NCBI GenBank assembly: GCA_038256525.1
Contig: JBBSKF010000002.1
Span: 6,563-70,562, forward strand
Source of the DNA: Mycobacteriales bacterium
Lineage (GTDB): Bacteria; Actinomycetota; Actinomycetes; Mycobacteriales; SCTD01
DNA length: 64,000 bases
Direction of reading: 5' to 3'
In this document: piece after piece, positions 1 to 13,300 of the stretch
How the letters are laid out: each line of letters starts with the position of its first letter
How positions within the stretch are numbered: the stretch's first letter is position 1
Notes under the pieces: model-generated
Told to the model about the DNA's origin: nothing
The model's database searches: none
What the model saw: the letters and a program-made list of their open reading frames with translations, nothing else
Made by a program: the position numbers and the translations under genes

Positions 1-1300
1 CACCGGACAGGCCGCCGTTCGCGGTCGGCAGGGAACTACCGCTGATCGTGATCGTGGTGCCGTCGATGTCGATCGCTGTGACGGTGCCGGTCACCTCTCC
101 GGTCGCGACCGGGGAGCTGTAGCCGGTGATGACCCAGCTGCTCGTCGCGTCGGGCACGACCTCCCAGTCGCCCTCGGCCACGATGGTGTCGGCCGTGTTG
201 CTCCAGATCGACCGCACCTGGCCGGCGCCCTTACCGGCGGTGATGCGCACCAGGTAGCCGCGCAGGCTGACCCCCGCGAACGGCGATCCGGCGACGGTGA
301 ACTCGTCGGCGCGTCCGGTGCCGCCGAACACCATCCCACTAAGCGTGTCAGCGCTGCTCACCGTGCTGCTCGCTACCGCGACGTGCTGCCCCTCGACGAC
401 GCCGTCCCGCTTGGCCGAGACGCGGACCATACGCGCGGTGACGTCCCCGGCCAGGAAGGTCAACGTCAGGAAGCGCGCCGGCGCGAGGGTCGACCCGTCA
501 AGCTTCAGCAGCAGCTGCTCGCCGGCGTCGATCGTCACGGTGACCATCGCCAGCGGCGCACGGGTCAGCGCGACGGTGAAGGTGTCCGAGATGGCACCGA
601 GGCCCGCCACGTCGACCGGCTCGGTGAGCCGGAGCCCGCCGTCCGGCAGGACCACGACGACGCCGACCTGCTCGTCGTCCAGCACCCGGACGACGGTGTT
701 GGCGACCTGCAGCTGGTCGTACTCGCCGACGCCGCGGATCTGCCAGCGGCTGGTCGCGTCCGGCGTGATGCCCCAGGCGGCAACGGTCAGGGTGTCGGCG
801 CTGTTGCCCTGGATGACCCGCGTCTGCCCCGCCCCCGTGCCGCTGGTGATCGTGACCTCGCGACCGGACAGCGTGCGGCCGGCGAACGCCCCCGTCGAGG
901 TGAGCGTCGTCGCCGTGGCGCTGCCGACGACCCCGGAGATGCGGCCGACGACCATCGCCTGCAGCGGGACGGCCCGCTCACCCTCGGAGGAGTTGTCGAA
1001 GGAGGCGCGGACGTACAGCCGTTGCTCCGTGGTGTTTCCGGCGGCGAAGACCAGCGTCACGGACGTCGCCCAGGTGATGCGGTCCAATGAGAGCTGGACG
1101 AAGCGCGCGCGACTGGTCGATGTCGGGTCGACAGCCGGCGCCGCCAGCGTGACCTCGACCTCGGTCGTCGGCGTGAAGGTCGGCCGGACCCCGATCTGAC
1201 CAGTGGCGACACCCCGCTCGTTGACCACGATCGAGCCGCCGACCGGTACGACCACCAGCGCCGGCTCGTCGTCGTCCTGGATCTCGGCGGCGATGCCGTC
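1..1300 (-). repeat. Two copies of a ~200-aa module ending in 'IT(S/A)G.GAGQ.R.I..N.ADT......W...PDATS.W.I.G'
   Basis: Copy 1, about 731-850: REVTITSGTGAGQTRVIQGNSADTLTVAAWGITPDATSRWQIRG. Copy 2, about 124-243: YLVRITAGKGAGQVRSIWSNTADTIVAEGDWEVVPDATSSWVITG. Each is preceded by a Calx-beta-like stretch (..QDDDEPALVVVP.. / ..VRVLDDEQVGVVVVLP..). The array probably continues past the window edge. Confidence 0.55.
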
Positions 1301-4300
1301 GACGGGGATGCCGGTCCAGGTGCTGCTCAGGCCGCCGCTGCTCTCGACGGAGTTCCGCACCAGCCCGGTGTGGCCGAGCAGGTCGTCGGCCTGCACCGGG
1401 GTGGCCGCGCCGGCGACCTCGACCCGGTCGCTGCCGAGCCCGCCGAAGATCGAGGTCTCGACGTTGGCGTTGGTCGAAAGCACGAAGAAGACGTCGTCGC
1501 CTTCCATGCCGTGCACCCGCAGCCGCTCGATGTTGATGTAGGACACGAAACGGCCTGCGCCGTAGACGCCGTCGGAGGTCACGACATACGTGTCGTTGAA
1601 CTCGGTGCCGATCACGACGATCGTGTCGTAGCCCTCGCCGCCGTCGATCGCCACCGGTGCGTTCGTGGCGTACTCGATGTAGTCGCGGCCCTGACCGGCG
1701 TTGATGGCGCTCGTCTCGGACTCGGCGACGAAGCTGCGGATGACGAAGGTGTCGTCGCCGGCCTCGCCGTTGAGCTGCACCGTCGCCTTGTTCCGGAACA
1801 CCTCGAAGACGTCGTCGCCGGTGCCGCCGTTCATGGTGGTGGCGAACGAGACGCCGTTGGAGAGCCACCCTCGGGTGGAGTCGAAGAAGTTCGCCGCGAA
1901 AGCAGGGTCGGACTCGTCCGTGGGCAGGCCGAACTCGACCCCCGAGACGTAGTTGGTGAACAGCTGGCCGATCCGGAACCGGTCGTTGCCGGACCCGCCG
2001 TTGACGGTCATCAGCGAGGCGTTGTCGTCGAAGGCGAAGGTGTCGTCGCCGGCATGGCCGTTGACGATCACGCCGGCGTTGATGCCGTCGGTGTAGGTCA
2101 CCTTCTCGGCCATTGTGAAGGCCCCGCCGGCGTTCGGCGCGGACATCAGCGCGATCAGCCGGCGACGCATCAGGAAGGTGTCGTTGCCCGCCGAGCCGTT
2201 GACGACCAGCACGTTGGTCGAACCGTCGTAGCCGGTGTCGATCACGTCGATGCGGGTGCTGCCCTTTCCGAACAGCCCGACGAGGGAGTAGTCGGCCCCG
2301 GCGCCACCGTCCAGGGTCAGTGCCTTGCCGTCCATCGGGTTGGCATCGCCGGCCGCGTCCGGGACCGCGTTGACCACGAGCCAGTCGTTGCCCGCCTCGC
2401 CGTTCACCCGGGTCGTGCCACCGATCGCCTCGACGAGCACCCAGTCGTCACCGGCACCCGCGTTGACGGTGGTCGTGCCGGTCAGGGTGCTGTCGACGTT
2501 GAGCACGTCGCTGCCCGTCCCGAGCTGCACCGCGAGGTGCTCGAAGCCGTTGTAGGTCACCAGACCGTCGGTCATCGCGGAGAACGACGGGGCGACCGCT
2601 GGCTGTCCGGGCTCACCGGTCAGGCCGAGCCCGGTCACCGCGGTGATCTTCCGGCTCCAGCCGGCCTCGCCGGCGAACGCGCCGGTGTAGGCGATGGTCC
2701 ACCGGCCACCCGTCGCGGTGACGACGACGTTGCCGACGCCGAGCAGCATCTCGAGGGCCAGCTGGAGCTTGGCCGCCGTGACGTCGTAGTCGAGCTGCAC
2801 GGTGGTGCCGGCGCCCGCGACCGTGATGGTGAACCGCCCGTCGAACGCGCCCAGCACACTGACGACCTGAACGAGGCTCGGTCGCGGCACCAGCCCACCC
2901 AGCGTCATCCCGAGACCGGCGATGGTCCCCGAGGTGACGACGCCAATCGTGTCGGTCGTCGTCGTCGTGTCGTCGACGAACAGCCGGTCGTCGCCGGTCC
3001 CGGCAGTGAGCGAGATCGAGGAGTCGATCCCGGCCAGGTCACCGCCGATGCCGGTGAGAGTCGAGCTGATGCGTACGGTGTCGTTGCCTGCGCCGGTGTC
3101 GACCGTCAGCGGGCCGTGCACCGCCCGGATGATGACCGTGTCGTTCCCGCTGCCGGTGATCAGGCTCGTCGGCCGGGTCAGCCCGCTGTGGGTGTCGTTG
3201 ATCGTGTAGGTGTTGCCCCCGGTACCGAGCGTGACGTCGAGGTCCTCGAAGGCCCGGTAGGTGATGCCCACCGTCATGTCCAGGCCGGTGATCGTCGTGT
3301 CGGTCTGCTGACCGGTGTTCGCGGTGGCGTCGCCGGAGTCGTCGACGGTGAGCAGGTCGAGGCCGGTCAGACCGGGCTGGCCGCCGCCGTCCACCTCGAG
3401 CGCGGCCAGGATCGCGTTCAGCGTCCCGCCGATGTTCGGCCATGTCGTGGTGGTGTTGCCCAGGCCGGCGTTCGAGCCGACGGCAACCTCGTCGTCACCT
3501 TCGCCGGCCTCCACGAGATGGCGGGCAGAGATCCGGCGGACGGCGACGCGGTCACCGCCCCCGAGGGTACGGATCTCGACGAGCTCCAGACCGGCATGGT
3601 CGATGCTGACCAGATCCTGCGATGCGGTGCTCGTGGTCTGCCGGACGAGGCCCTTGCCGCCCTGCACGTCGACGATCAGGTCCTCGCGCAGGCTGCTCCC
3701 CCACACCTCGAGCTCGTCCGCGCCACCGGCTGTGTCGGTGATGTGCACCCTGGCACCGGCCGCCGCGCGCAGCTCGACGCGGACGAGGTCGTCACCCTCG
3801 CCCGTCGACAGGGTGGCGTCGCCGGTCCAGCTGCGCACCGAGCGGGCGCCACCGCCGACCGCCAGCGAACCGTCCGCGTCACCGATCAGGAACACGTTGC
3901 GTCCGAGCCCGCCGGTGAGCTCGGCCTTCTCGAAGATGCCGTCGAGGTCCTCGACCGTGCCGGCGCTGAAGTCGACCCCGCTGCTACCGACCACGCCGAC
4001 AACGAACAGGTCGTCGTAAAGCCCGAAGTCGGCATCGAACGTTTCGATGAGGGTGTCCGTGCCGCCGGCGTCGACGAAGGTGTCGCGGCCCGCCCCGCCG
4101 GTGATTGCGTCATCACCGAGCCCGCCGTCGAGTTCGTCGTCGAATGGCGTGCCGATGAGTCGGTCGTTGCCGCCCTGTCCGCGAAGCGTGACCGCAATGC
4201 GGTTTTCGGTCAGATCCGATGCCTGGATCTCGTCGTCACCGGCACCGGCCTCGATGACCAGACCGTCGCCCTCGGCCCGGAGGCTGCGCCCCACCCAGAC

Positions 4301-7300
4301 CGCGTAGCTGCCTGTCCGGGCAACCTTGACGTCGGTGCCGGATCGGCCGGTGCCGGGCTGCCCGGCGAGGGTCACGGTGTAGATGTCGGCGGCGACAGAG
4401 CCTCGGATGGTCACCGAGTCGGCAGCGCCGTCGCCTGGACTGCCACCGAGGTCGAGCGTCAGGTTCGCCACCCCCGACACCACGCCGTTCGCGGTGAGAT
4501 CCTCCACCACGAAGGTGTCACCGCCAGGCCCACCGTCGATGAAGAAGTTCTCGACTGAGGCGACGTCGTGGGTCTTGCCGTTCAGTGCGAGACGGACCGT
4601 GTTCGCCGAGGGGGCGCTGATCGTCAGGTTGTCCGAGTTGCTGCTCAGCGTCAGGTACAGCGCGTCCACGTCGGCACCGCCGGTGATCACCGGTCCGTGG
4701 ATCGCTGGCAGGTTGGGCGCGTTGACGACCGGATAGGCCACTGACCCGTCCAGGACGACGAACAGGAGGTCGTCACCGCTGCCTCCGTCATAGCTGCCGG
4801 CCAGACCTTCGAGCTGGTCGTCGTCGGCGGCACCGTTGAGGACGTCGGTGATCGCGCTACCGATCAGCCGGTCGTTGCCGCCGCCCCCGTTGATCGTCGC
4901 TCGGCCGCTGCCTGCGTGGACCAGGAAGTCCTCGCCCCCGTCACCGTCGATCGTGACGTTGCCAGGACCGGTGGCGGCAATGTAGTCGTCATTCCCACCA
5001 CCGGACAGCGAGCTGCCGGCCACTGTCCCCGTGTACATGCCGGCGTAGCTGATCACGTCGTCGCCGACCCCGCCGTCGATGGTGACGGGAACCAGGACGC
5101 TGTCCCGGATGATGACCGTGTCGGCGCCCGTGCCGAAGTTCCCGGTGACCGACCTGACGTTGGAGTAGGTGTTGCTCCGTCCGAAGGCCGTGACCTTGAT
5201 GGTGGCCAGGGAGGAGTCGCCGCCGATCTGTTCGATGATGAAGGTCTCGTGATGGTCGCCGATGCTGCGGTCGGTTGCACTGAAGGCGGTGTCGGTGCCG
5301 ATGTTGCGCCACTGCATCCGGGTGTCGCCGGCATTCAGCTCCAGCGCCGCTCCCGATCCGGGGGTCCACGCGCGGGCAGCGGCCTGCGAGCTCGCACCGG
5401 CGTTGCCCGCCAGATAGGTCGGCCTGGGGAACTGCAGGTAGCCGATGGTGAAGGTCGCCGTCTTGGTGATGGTGATGAATAGCAGCTCGATCTCGATCTT
5501 CACCTCGAGCTCGATCTTCACCCGGCCGTCGTCACCCGCGGTGGCGGTGTCGATGCTGAACCGGAAGCCGAGGCCGACACCGGCCAGGGTGATGCCGAAC
5601 GCCCGCACCTTGACGCTGGCCGAACCGCTGAGCTCGAAGAAGTACGTGCCGTCCTCTCGCGCCTGCGAGGTGATGCGGAAGGAGAAGTCCCCGCGCAGAC
5701 CGAAGTCGTCCGAGCCGATCTGCATCCGGCCGGCGAGCTTGACGTCGAAGTTGCCCTTCGAATCCAGGAAGATCGAGCCGGACAGGCTCGCCAGGCCGAA
5801 GAAGTCCACCGACGCGGCGGCGTCGAACCGCCAGTAGGTCTGCTGACCGGCGGCCTGGGTGACCAGAATCCGCAGGCTGGCGTCGAAGTTGAGCACCTTC
5901 AGGATGTGGACCTTGCCCCGCAGGTCCAGCAGGAACGTGTTGGCCGCGATGCCGAGGCGGGTCTTGTTCGTCGTGTTGAGCTGGAAGGTCCCGGACGCAT
6001 CGATCCCGAAGACGCCGACCTCGGCCTTGACGGTGATATTGAGCAGGAGCGCGATGCCCTTGCTGTCCGGCTCGTTGATGACCGCAGCCCCACCGTCGAC
6101 CCGGAACTGCAGCCCACCGATGTCGAACGCGACGCCGAACAGCAGCTGGAACCCGGTCGGCGAGATGGCGATCTCGACGAAGCCGCTCCCGCTGGCGAGG
6201 TTCTTGAAGGTGACGCTGCCGTCGATGCGCAGCAGGAACCCGGGCGCAACCGTGCTGCTGCCGAGTGTCTGGGTGCGGCCGGTGGTGTTGAGGGCGAGCA
6301 GGGCGCCGACGTTGAACTTCAGGCCCACCGCTGAGCCGAAGTTGACGTCGAGCTTGACCTGGACCCTCGCGACCAGGCCGCTCGGACCGATGCGGAAGCC
6401 GCTGTTGACGATGTCGACCCGGCCGATCGGATCGAGCACCATCGAGCCGTTAACGACGAGCTCGAGACCGGGGTTGGCCCCGGCGAGCTCGAGCCGGAAC
6501 AGCACCGAGCCGGCGATCGAGATCCGGTCGCCGATCTGCAACAGGCCGGCCATCTCGAGCTTGAAGCCCGCGACGGTGGCGATCGTGTCGGTGATCACGA
6601 CCAGGTTGCCGGCAGCGTCGCGCTCGAAGCCGTCGAAGACCGTCACCCCGCTGCTGGTGGTGACCGTCTTGACCTTGAACGTCTGGATCTGCTGCGTCGA
6701 GGCAAAGGTGTTGAGCTCGAGCAGGAACTGCCCGTTCAGCACCACGCCGGGGATCGCGCTGCTGCCCAGGGTGAGGTGCACCCGACCGACGACGCCGGTC
6801 CGGGCGCCGATGTAGACGGCCAGGTTCACGGTGCCGGTCAGGGAGCCCAGGAACTCGATCGAGGTGCCGACCGCGCCGTCGACCTTGAAGTACGCCGTAC
6901 CGGTCGGGTCGAGCGCGGCCGTGATGCCGATGAACCCGTTGAGGGTCAGGACACCGCCGATGCTGAGCTGCGCGGCAATCGTCGCCTTGACGTAAATCTC
7001 TCCACCGGCTGGCGCGTTCGGGTTGCGCTGGCCGTCCAGCCCAGGAGCCGCTCCGAAGATGGTGATCGTGCGGGGCTCCTCGGGCCGCAGCAGTGGCAGG
7101 AAGGCCTCCGGGATGATGAAGGTCTTGTCCTGCAGGGTGGTGTTGAAGCTCACCTGGACGCTGCCGGTGGCGCTGAACAGGCTGCCGACGCTCGGCAGGC
7201 CGATTTCGCCACCGGCAGACACAGTGAGCGAGCCCGCCACCCCGTCGGTCGAGATGATGATCAGTCCGGTCGCCGCCCCGTAGGTGAGCATCGCGTCGCC

Positions 7301-10300
7301 GAGCCCGAAGGACAGCTCAGCAGTCGCGTACAGCTGGAACTTCGGGGTCGAGGACGCCTCGATGGACAGGAAGAACCCGCCCTGCAGCCGCACCAGGTCG
7401 GTGGTGGTGTTCGGCACCCGGATGCGGGCCTGCCCGACCAGCTCGAGGGAGAAGCTGCGCGGCGCGAGGTTGTAGGAACGAACGAGGTCGGTCCCTCCGG
7501 CCCCCAGACCCTTGAGCGTGATGGTCTCGACCTTCGCCAGCCCGGTGGTGTTCACCTGAAGCGTGCCCTTGGCGAACAGGAACAGGCCGTACTGCTCGAG
7601 CTCGGAGAAGTTCGTCTCGAGGCTGGCGACGCCCCAGAACTGCGGGACGACGCTCACGCCGCCGCTCAGGTCGAGGATGAACCGGCCGGCGGTGGCGCCG
7701 ACCGTACCGAGCTTGATGATCTTCAGCTGGCCGGCGAAGGTCAGGGTGAACAGCTTGCGCGCCGTGTCGATCTCCAGCACGACCTCGGCGGTGAGCTCGA
7801 GCAGCGGCTCGTCGAGCAGCCCCAGGGCCGACAGCGTGATCCCGCCGGACAGCTCGATGAAGAACGAGGTGCCGCGGGTGATGGTACGGAACGAGCTGCT
7901 GCTCGCCGCCCCCGCGTTGAGGTCGGTGTCGGTCCAGCTGCCGGCAACGAAGGCGACGCTGACCGTGCCGGCGCCGACGCTGCCGGTGTAGAGGTAGCGG
8001 AAGGTCGACGCGTCGCGCTGCACGGTGCCCTGGGCGAGCAGCGATTCCGCGCCGGCACCGCTCAGGGTGAACTCCGCGTCGTTGTCGAGGACGCTGCTCG
8101 CCTTCACCGTCGTGCCACGCACCGGCGTGAAGGCGACATCCACCCAGGTACGGGCGGCAATCGCGTCGACGGCTGTGCCGTCCAGCGCCTCGCTCGCCGC
8201 CGCCGCTGCGTACTCCGCGGTGTTCCAGGTCGTGCCGCTGGTGTTGCTCCACCCGGCGTCCACGAAGGAGACGGTGAGCTGACCGCCCTTGTGCCCGGTG
8301 AAGAAGTATCGGAACCGGCCGGTGGCCGCGTCGATGAGGGCCGGCGTGCCGTCGACCGTGAGCACCGTGTCGCCCTCACGGATCGTGATCTCCGCGCCGC
8401 GGTCGAGCACGCTGGCAAGGTCGATGCCGGTGTTGTCGAAATCGGTGAGCAGGACGTCGACGTAGCCGCGGCCGTTGAACTCGCCGGCGTCGATCAGCTG
8501 GCCCGCAGTCGGGTCGGCGAGGGCGGCGGCGGGGACGTCGAGCGAGAAGGTCTCCGTCTCGGCCTGGTTCGACGTGCCGCCGGTGTCGGCGAACCGGCCG
8601 GCGAAGACGGTGAGGGTGTAGCCGCCGGCGGACAGGGTGGCGGTGAAGCCGTAGCGGTAGACATCGGTCAGCCCGACGCGCACCGGGGCGGACAGGGCGA
8701 TGAGGTTACCGGCCGCATCGCGGAGCTCGACCTCGTCGCCGTTGATGGAGTTGTGGTCGACCGCGAAGCCGGAGCTGCCCCGGAACCGGACCTCGACGTA
8801 GCGCTGCGCGTTGAGCGCGTCGCGGCCGATCGCCGACCCGGCGAGGCCCAGCGTCTGTGGTTCGCCGGCCACGATGACGGTGCGGACCAGATCAGCGGTG
8901 GCGCCCGCGACGGTGAAGCGCAGGACCTGCTCGAGGTTGGCGTAGGTCGCCGGCGACGGTGGCCCGCGATCGTTGGCGGCACGCAGCTGGCTGGCCGCGA
9001 TCGTCACCGTCACCGCGCCGGGCCGGAAGGACCCGAGCAGCTCGTACCGGAAGGTCCGTCCGTCTGACAGCGCGATCGGCGTGCTGCCCGGCGCGACCAG
9101 CAAGCCGGCGCCACCGAAGCCGCCGAACTGCAGGTCGGTGGCTTCGATGAGCGAGGAGGTGTCGAGTGTCGAGCCGTCCGGCACGTCGTAGGTGACGTCG
9201 AGGAAGGTGCGGACCGTCGTCACCGCCGCCCGGGTGCTGGCTGCCGGGGCGACGGTCGGGTCGCTGAACGTCACCGTTCCGTCCACGAGGGTCACGGTCA
9301 CGTCGATCGGATCGGTCGACGGTGTGGTCGGCGGATCCGTGACCGGGCGGACCAACAGCACCGGGATGGCGTACTCGTCAGTCGATCCGATCCGCACGAT
9401 GGCTCTGGTGACATCGCGGGTCACTACCCAGGTGTCGGTTGCGGCAAAGGTGAATCGGGCGCGGCTGATGACCGACTCGGGGTCGACGTGCCCGCCGTTT
9501 GGTCCGAGCGGGAAAAGGACGTTCAGTGACCCCGGGATGGCGTCCAACGGGATGGACACCGTGGGCAGCACCGGTGTCGGAGCGCCCTCGAAGGCCCAGG
9601 CTTCGGGCAGATACGTGATCGTGACGTCTCCAGGAGCGAACCGGCCGGTCAGCCAGAAGCGGAAGCGCTGCGTGTTCGGCGCACCGCCGGTGATCTCGTT
9701 CGGTGCACGGGTGCCGTCGATCGCGATGGTTCCGAGGCCACTGCCGCTCAGCGTGAACTCCGGCGCGAAGTCGAAGACGGAGTCCTCGTCCAGGGTTCGG
9801 CCGCTGGGCACGGCGATGTCGACGTCGATCCAGTTGCGGTTGTTGAGGGCGTGCACGTCAATGGCGGCGTCCGGGCCCGGCTCGCTGGGCAGCGCCGTGA
9901 CTCCCTGGACCGCATAGGACAGGGTGAACTCGGCGTTACCGGCGCCCGGGGTCACGCCGGTGGAGGTGGTGAGGTCGGCGTTGCGGAACGTGCCACCGTC
10001 GAACACCAGGCGTACGTCGCCGAGCGGCATCGCAGCGGCGCTGTCGCTGAGGGTGTAGCGGAACCGGGTGATGCCTTCCTTGCGCACTGCCGCGGCGAGC
10101 AGGGCAGGATTCGAGATCGAGCCGCCGTTGAGGACGTCGGCGGCACCCAGGACGACGACTTCGGTGGCGACCTCGAGCGGATCCGACGGGTCGTTCTTGT
10201 AGCGGTAGAGCACGCGGCGGTCGGCGCCGGTGCCCTCGACCACGAGTGCTGCGAAGACGACGCCGCCAGGCACCACCACCGTGACGATCGGGACCGGCAC

Positions 10301-13300
10301 CGCCAGGACGGAACGGTCGCCGCTGGTCGGGGTCGCCTGGCCGGGAGTCACGCCGGTGTAGAGCCGGAACGGCGCGCTGGAGAGGGTCAGCAGCGCATCC
10401 ACGTCGAGCGACGCTCCGGTAGCGGGCTGGAACACCACGTCGACGAACTTGTCACCGAGTTGGTTCACCAGACCGGCGTCGACACTGCCGCCGGCGAAGA
10501 CGGGCGCCGCCACCGTCGCGGTCGGTGCGGTGGACGTGCCCGCGGCCGTCGGCACCGACGGCGCGTCGAAGGCAACGTCCGAGCCGGTGCTGTCCCTGAA
10601 GCCCATCTTCAGCTTGCCGTAGATGGTCAGCAGCCGGACCTGGTCGGGGATGTCGGCGAGGAACAGGATCGTGACGCCGCCGGAAGCCACCTTGGACAGG
10701 TCGGCGTAGAGCTTCGCGCTCATCGAGATGTTGTCGGCTGCGAAGTTGAGCTTGCCGACGATGAGGAACTTGCCATCGGTGGAGATCTTGATGATCACCT
10801 GTCCGTTGAACACGGCCGGCGAGGTGTAGATGGAGAACAGCCTTGCCGACCCGGTGATCGTCATCGGCGCAGTGAAGGCGGCTGCGAAGGCCTCGAGCGG
10901 GCTGGTGCCGTTCAGCGCGCGAGCCTGCCGGGCCACCTGCTGCTGCAGCGAGGCGAGCCACTCGTCGGCGGTCAGGGCGGTCGGCAGCGCGAAGTTGGAG
11001 CTGCGCAGCTGGAGTGGGTCCTCGATGGACGGCAGTGACTTGAAGAACTCGACCCCGGCGGTGAAGTCGTTGATGGCCAGGCCCGAGATCGGTTCGAGCA
11101 CGATGCCGCCCGGCACGTTGACATTGATCAGCACCTGCAGCGGGCCGAGCTCGGACAGGCCAATCCGGATGCCGAACCCGGCCATGCCGGCGAGCGTGAA
11201 GCTGCCCTGCAGGCCCAGGTAGAACACCCGGTGGGCGACAGGCGTGCTGTTGTCGAGCACGCCGATGATCTGGAAGCCCTCGTTCAACTTGAGGATCCCG
11301 CCGACCAGGCTGGCCTCGACCTGACCGCCGAACATCGCGCCCTTGATCGTGACGCCGAGCGAGTCGATCCCGATGATCGGGAACTTGCCTTGTGCGAGCA
11401 GGGCCGGGGCGATGCGGATCCCCTGCACCGAGCCGCTGAACTCGAGTCCGCCGACCCCCTTCAGGCCGGTGACCGTCGCCGACAGGATCAGGACGAAGTC
11501 GGCCGGGTCGTTCTCGATGTCCGCCCAGGTGATGCCGATCGCGTCGATCCGAATCGGCAGGAAGGACGGCCACTTGAAGGAGTCTCCGCTGGCCGAGCCG
11601 ATCGACAGGAACACCCCGAAGCCGGGCTTGGCCTTGAAGGTTCCGTCGCCGAGGAAGGCGAAGTTACGCCCTTCCCCGCCGAGCTCCAGCCCGCCGATGT
11701 TCACCTTGGCCCCGACGGACAGGAAGCTCGCGAGCTCGCGGGTGCTGCCGATTGCTCCGGTGTCGAGCCGGAACCCGACCGACGACAGCGTGACGAACTG
11801 GCCGAGCTTGACCTCGAGCGTGTCGACGACGATCTGCAAGGCGTCGACCTTCCCGCCGGTGAACGTGAGCGCGATGCGGAACGCCTCGGTGTCCTCGCCG
11901 CCCCCTGGCCTGACGTCGTCCGCCGTCTTGCGGTCGAGCAGCGTGGCCGAGAAGGCCTTGCCGGGGAAGAGCTTCGCCCCGCCGGTGGCGATGAAGACCT
12001 CACCGGTGAAGTTCGCGAACGGGTTGCCGGCTCCGAACACGACGGTCAGGCCGGAGATCCCGATCCGGATGTCGTCGAGCTCCAGGATGCCGCCGAAGGT
12101 GATCTTCGGGTCGACGGTGCCCGGCGGGGGGGCGCCGGCTGTCGGGGTGAGCCCGTTGCCGGTCGTGGTCCCGGTCAGCGGCAGGCCGTAGGCGAGTTCG
12201 ACCGTGCCCAGGCTGAAGCCGTTGCCGCGCACCACCAGGCCCGGGATGCGGGTGGGTGCCTGCGGCTTGCTCGGGTCGTTCGGGTCACCGGCGATGGTGC
12301 CGACCGGGTCGACGTTCTGCTTGGTGGTGACCGGGTCGTACGGGCGGATGGTGCCGGTGATCCCGAACCTCGGGAAGGTGATGGTGGCGGTGTTGATGCG
12401 CAGCAGCTCCTGCGTCACGCCGCCCAGCGGGTCGTAGCCGAGGACGACACCCTCCGCCGTGAGGTCCGCGACGTTCGGGATGTGCGCCTCCAGCGAGGCG
12501 ATCCGCAGCCCCCACTTGCCGGTCGGCTCCACCCGCACGTTGCCGCTCAGCAGACCAAAGACGTCCACCGCCAGGTCGAAGGTGCCCATCACGCCGATCA
12601 GGTCGACGGTGACGCCGCTGCCGCTCTGCTGCGCCTGGGCCGCGCCGGGCGCCGCGGGCGTGCCGCCGAAGGCGAGCGAGGCCCGGTCGACGCCGACGGC
12701 GATGGTGAGAATGACCATCCCGTCGGCGAAGCCGAAGTCGGCAAGCCCGATGCGCGGTCCCTGCAAGGTGAGCGGGCCGAGCGGGCGCGGGCCGGCCGAT
12801 GTCGCCGCGCCGGCTGCCGAGGGGTCGATCGTGAAGCTCTGCGTGAGACCGGCCAGGTTGCCGCACGGCAGCGGCTTGCCGATGCATCGCGCCGCCGAGC
12901 CGACCGTCTGCCACACGCCCGCATCGAACGTGACCTCGACCGTGCCCGGCTGGAAGACGCCGACCAGGTTCCGCGGGGCCTTGTCGCGCAGGAAGTAGCG
13001 GTAGGTCACCGAGGTGGCCGTGTCGGCCCGGCCGTTGATGAGCAGCGGGGCGCCGATCAGGGTGGGTCGGCCGATGGCGCCTGTGGTAGCCAGATCCAGC
13101 TCTGCGGCGACGATCCCGGTGCCGGACAACCTGAACGGCACCGACGACTCGAGGGTGCTCTTGACGATCGGCGTGCCGTCGAGGCTGGTGTAGGTGATGT
13201 CGAGGTAGCGCTGGCTGTTGAGCACGCCCGCGGTCACCCCCGTGCCGTTGGCGGGGTTCGCGAGCACCGCGATCGGACCGAGCGGGGCACCCGTCGTCAG

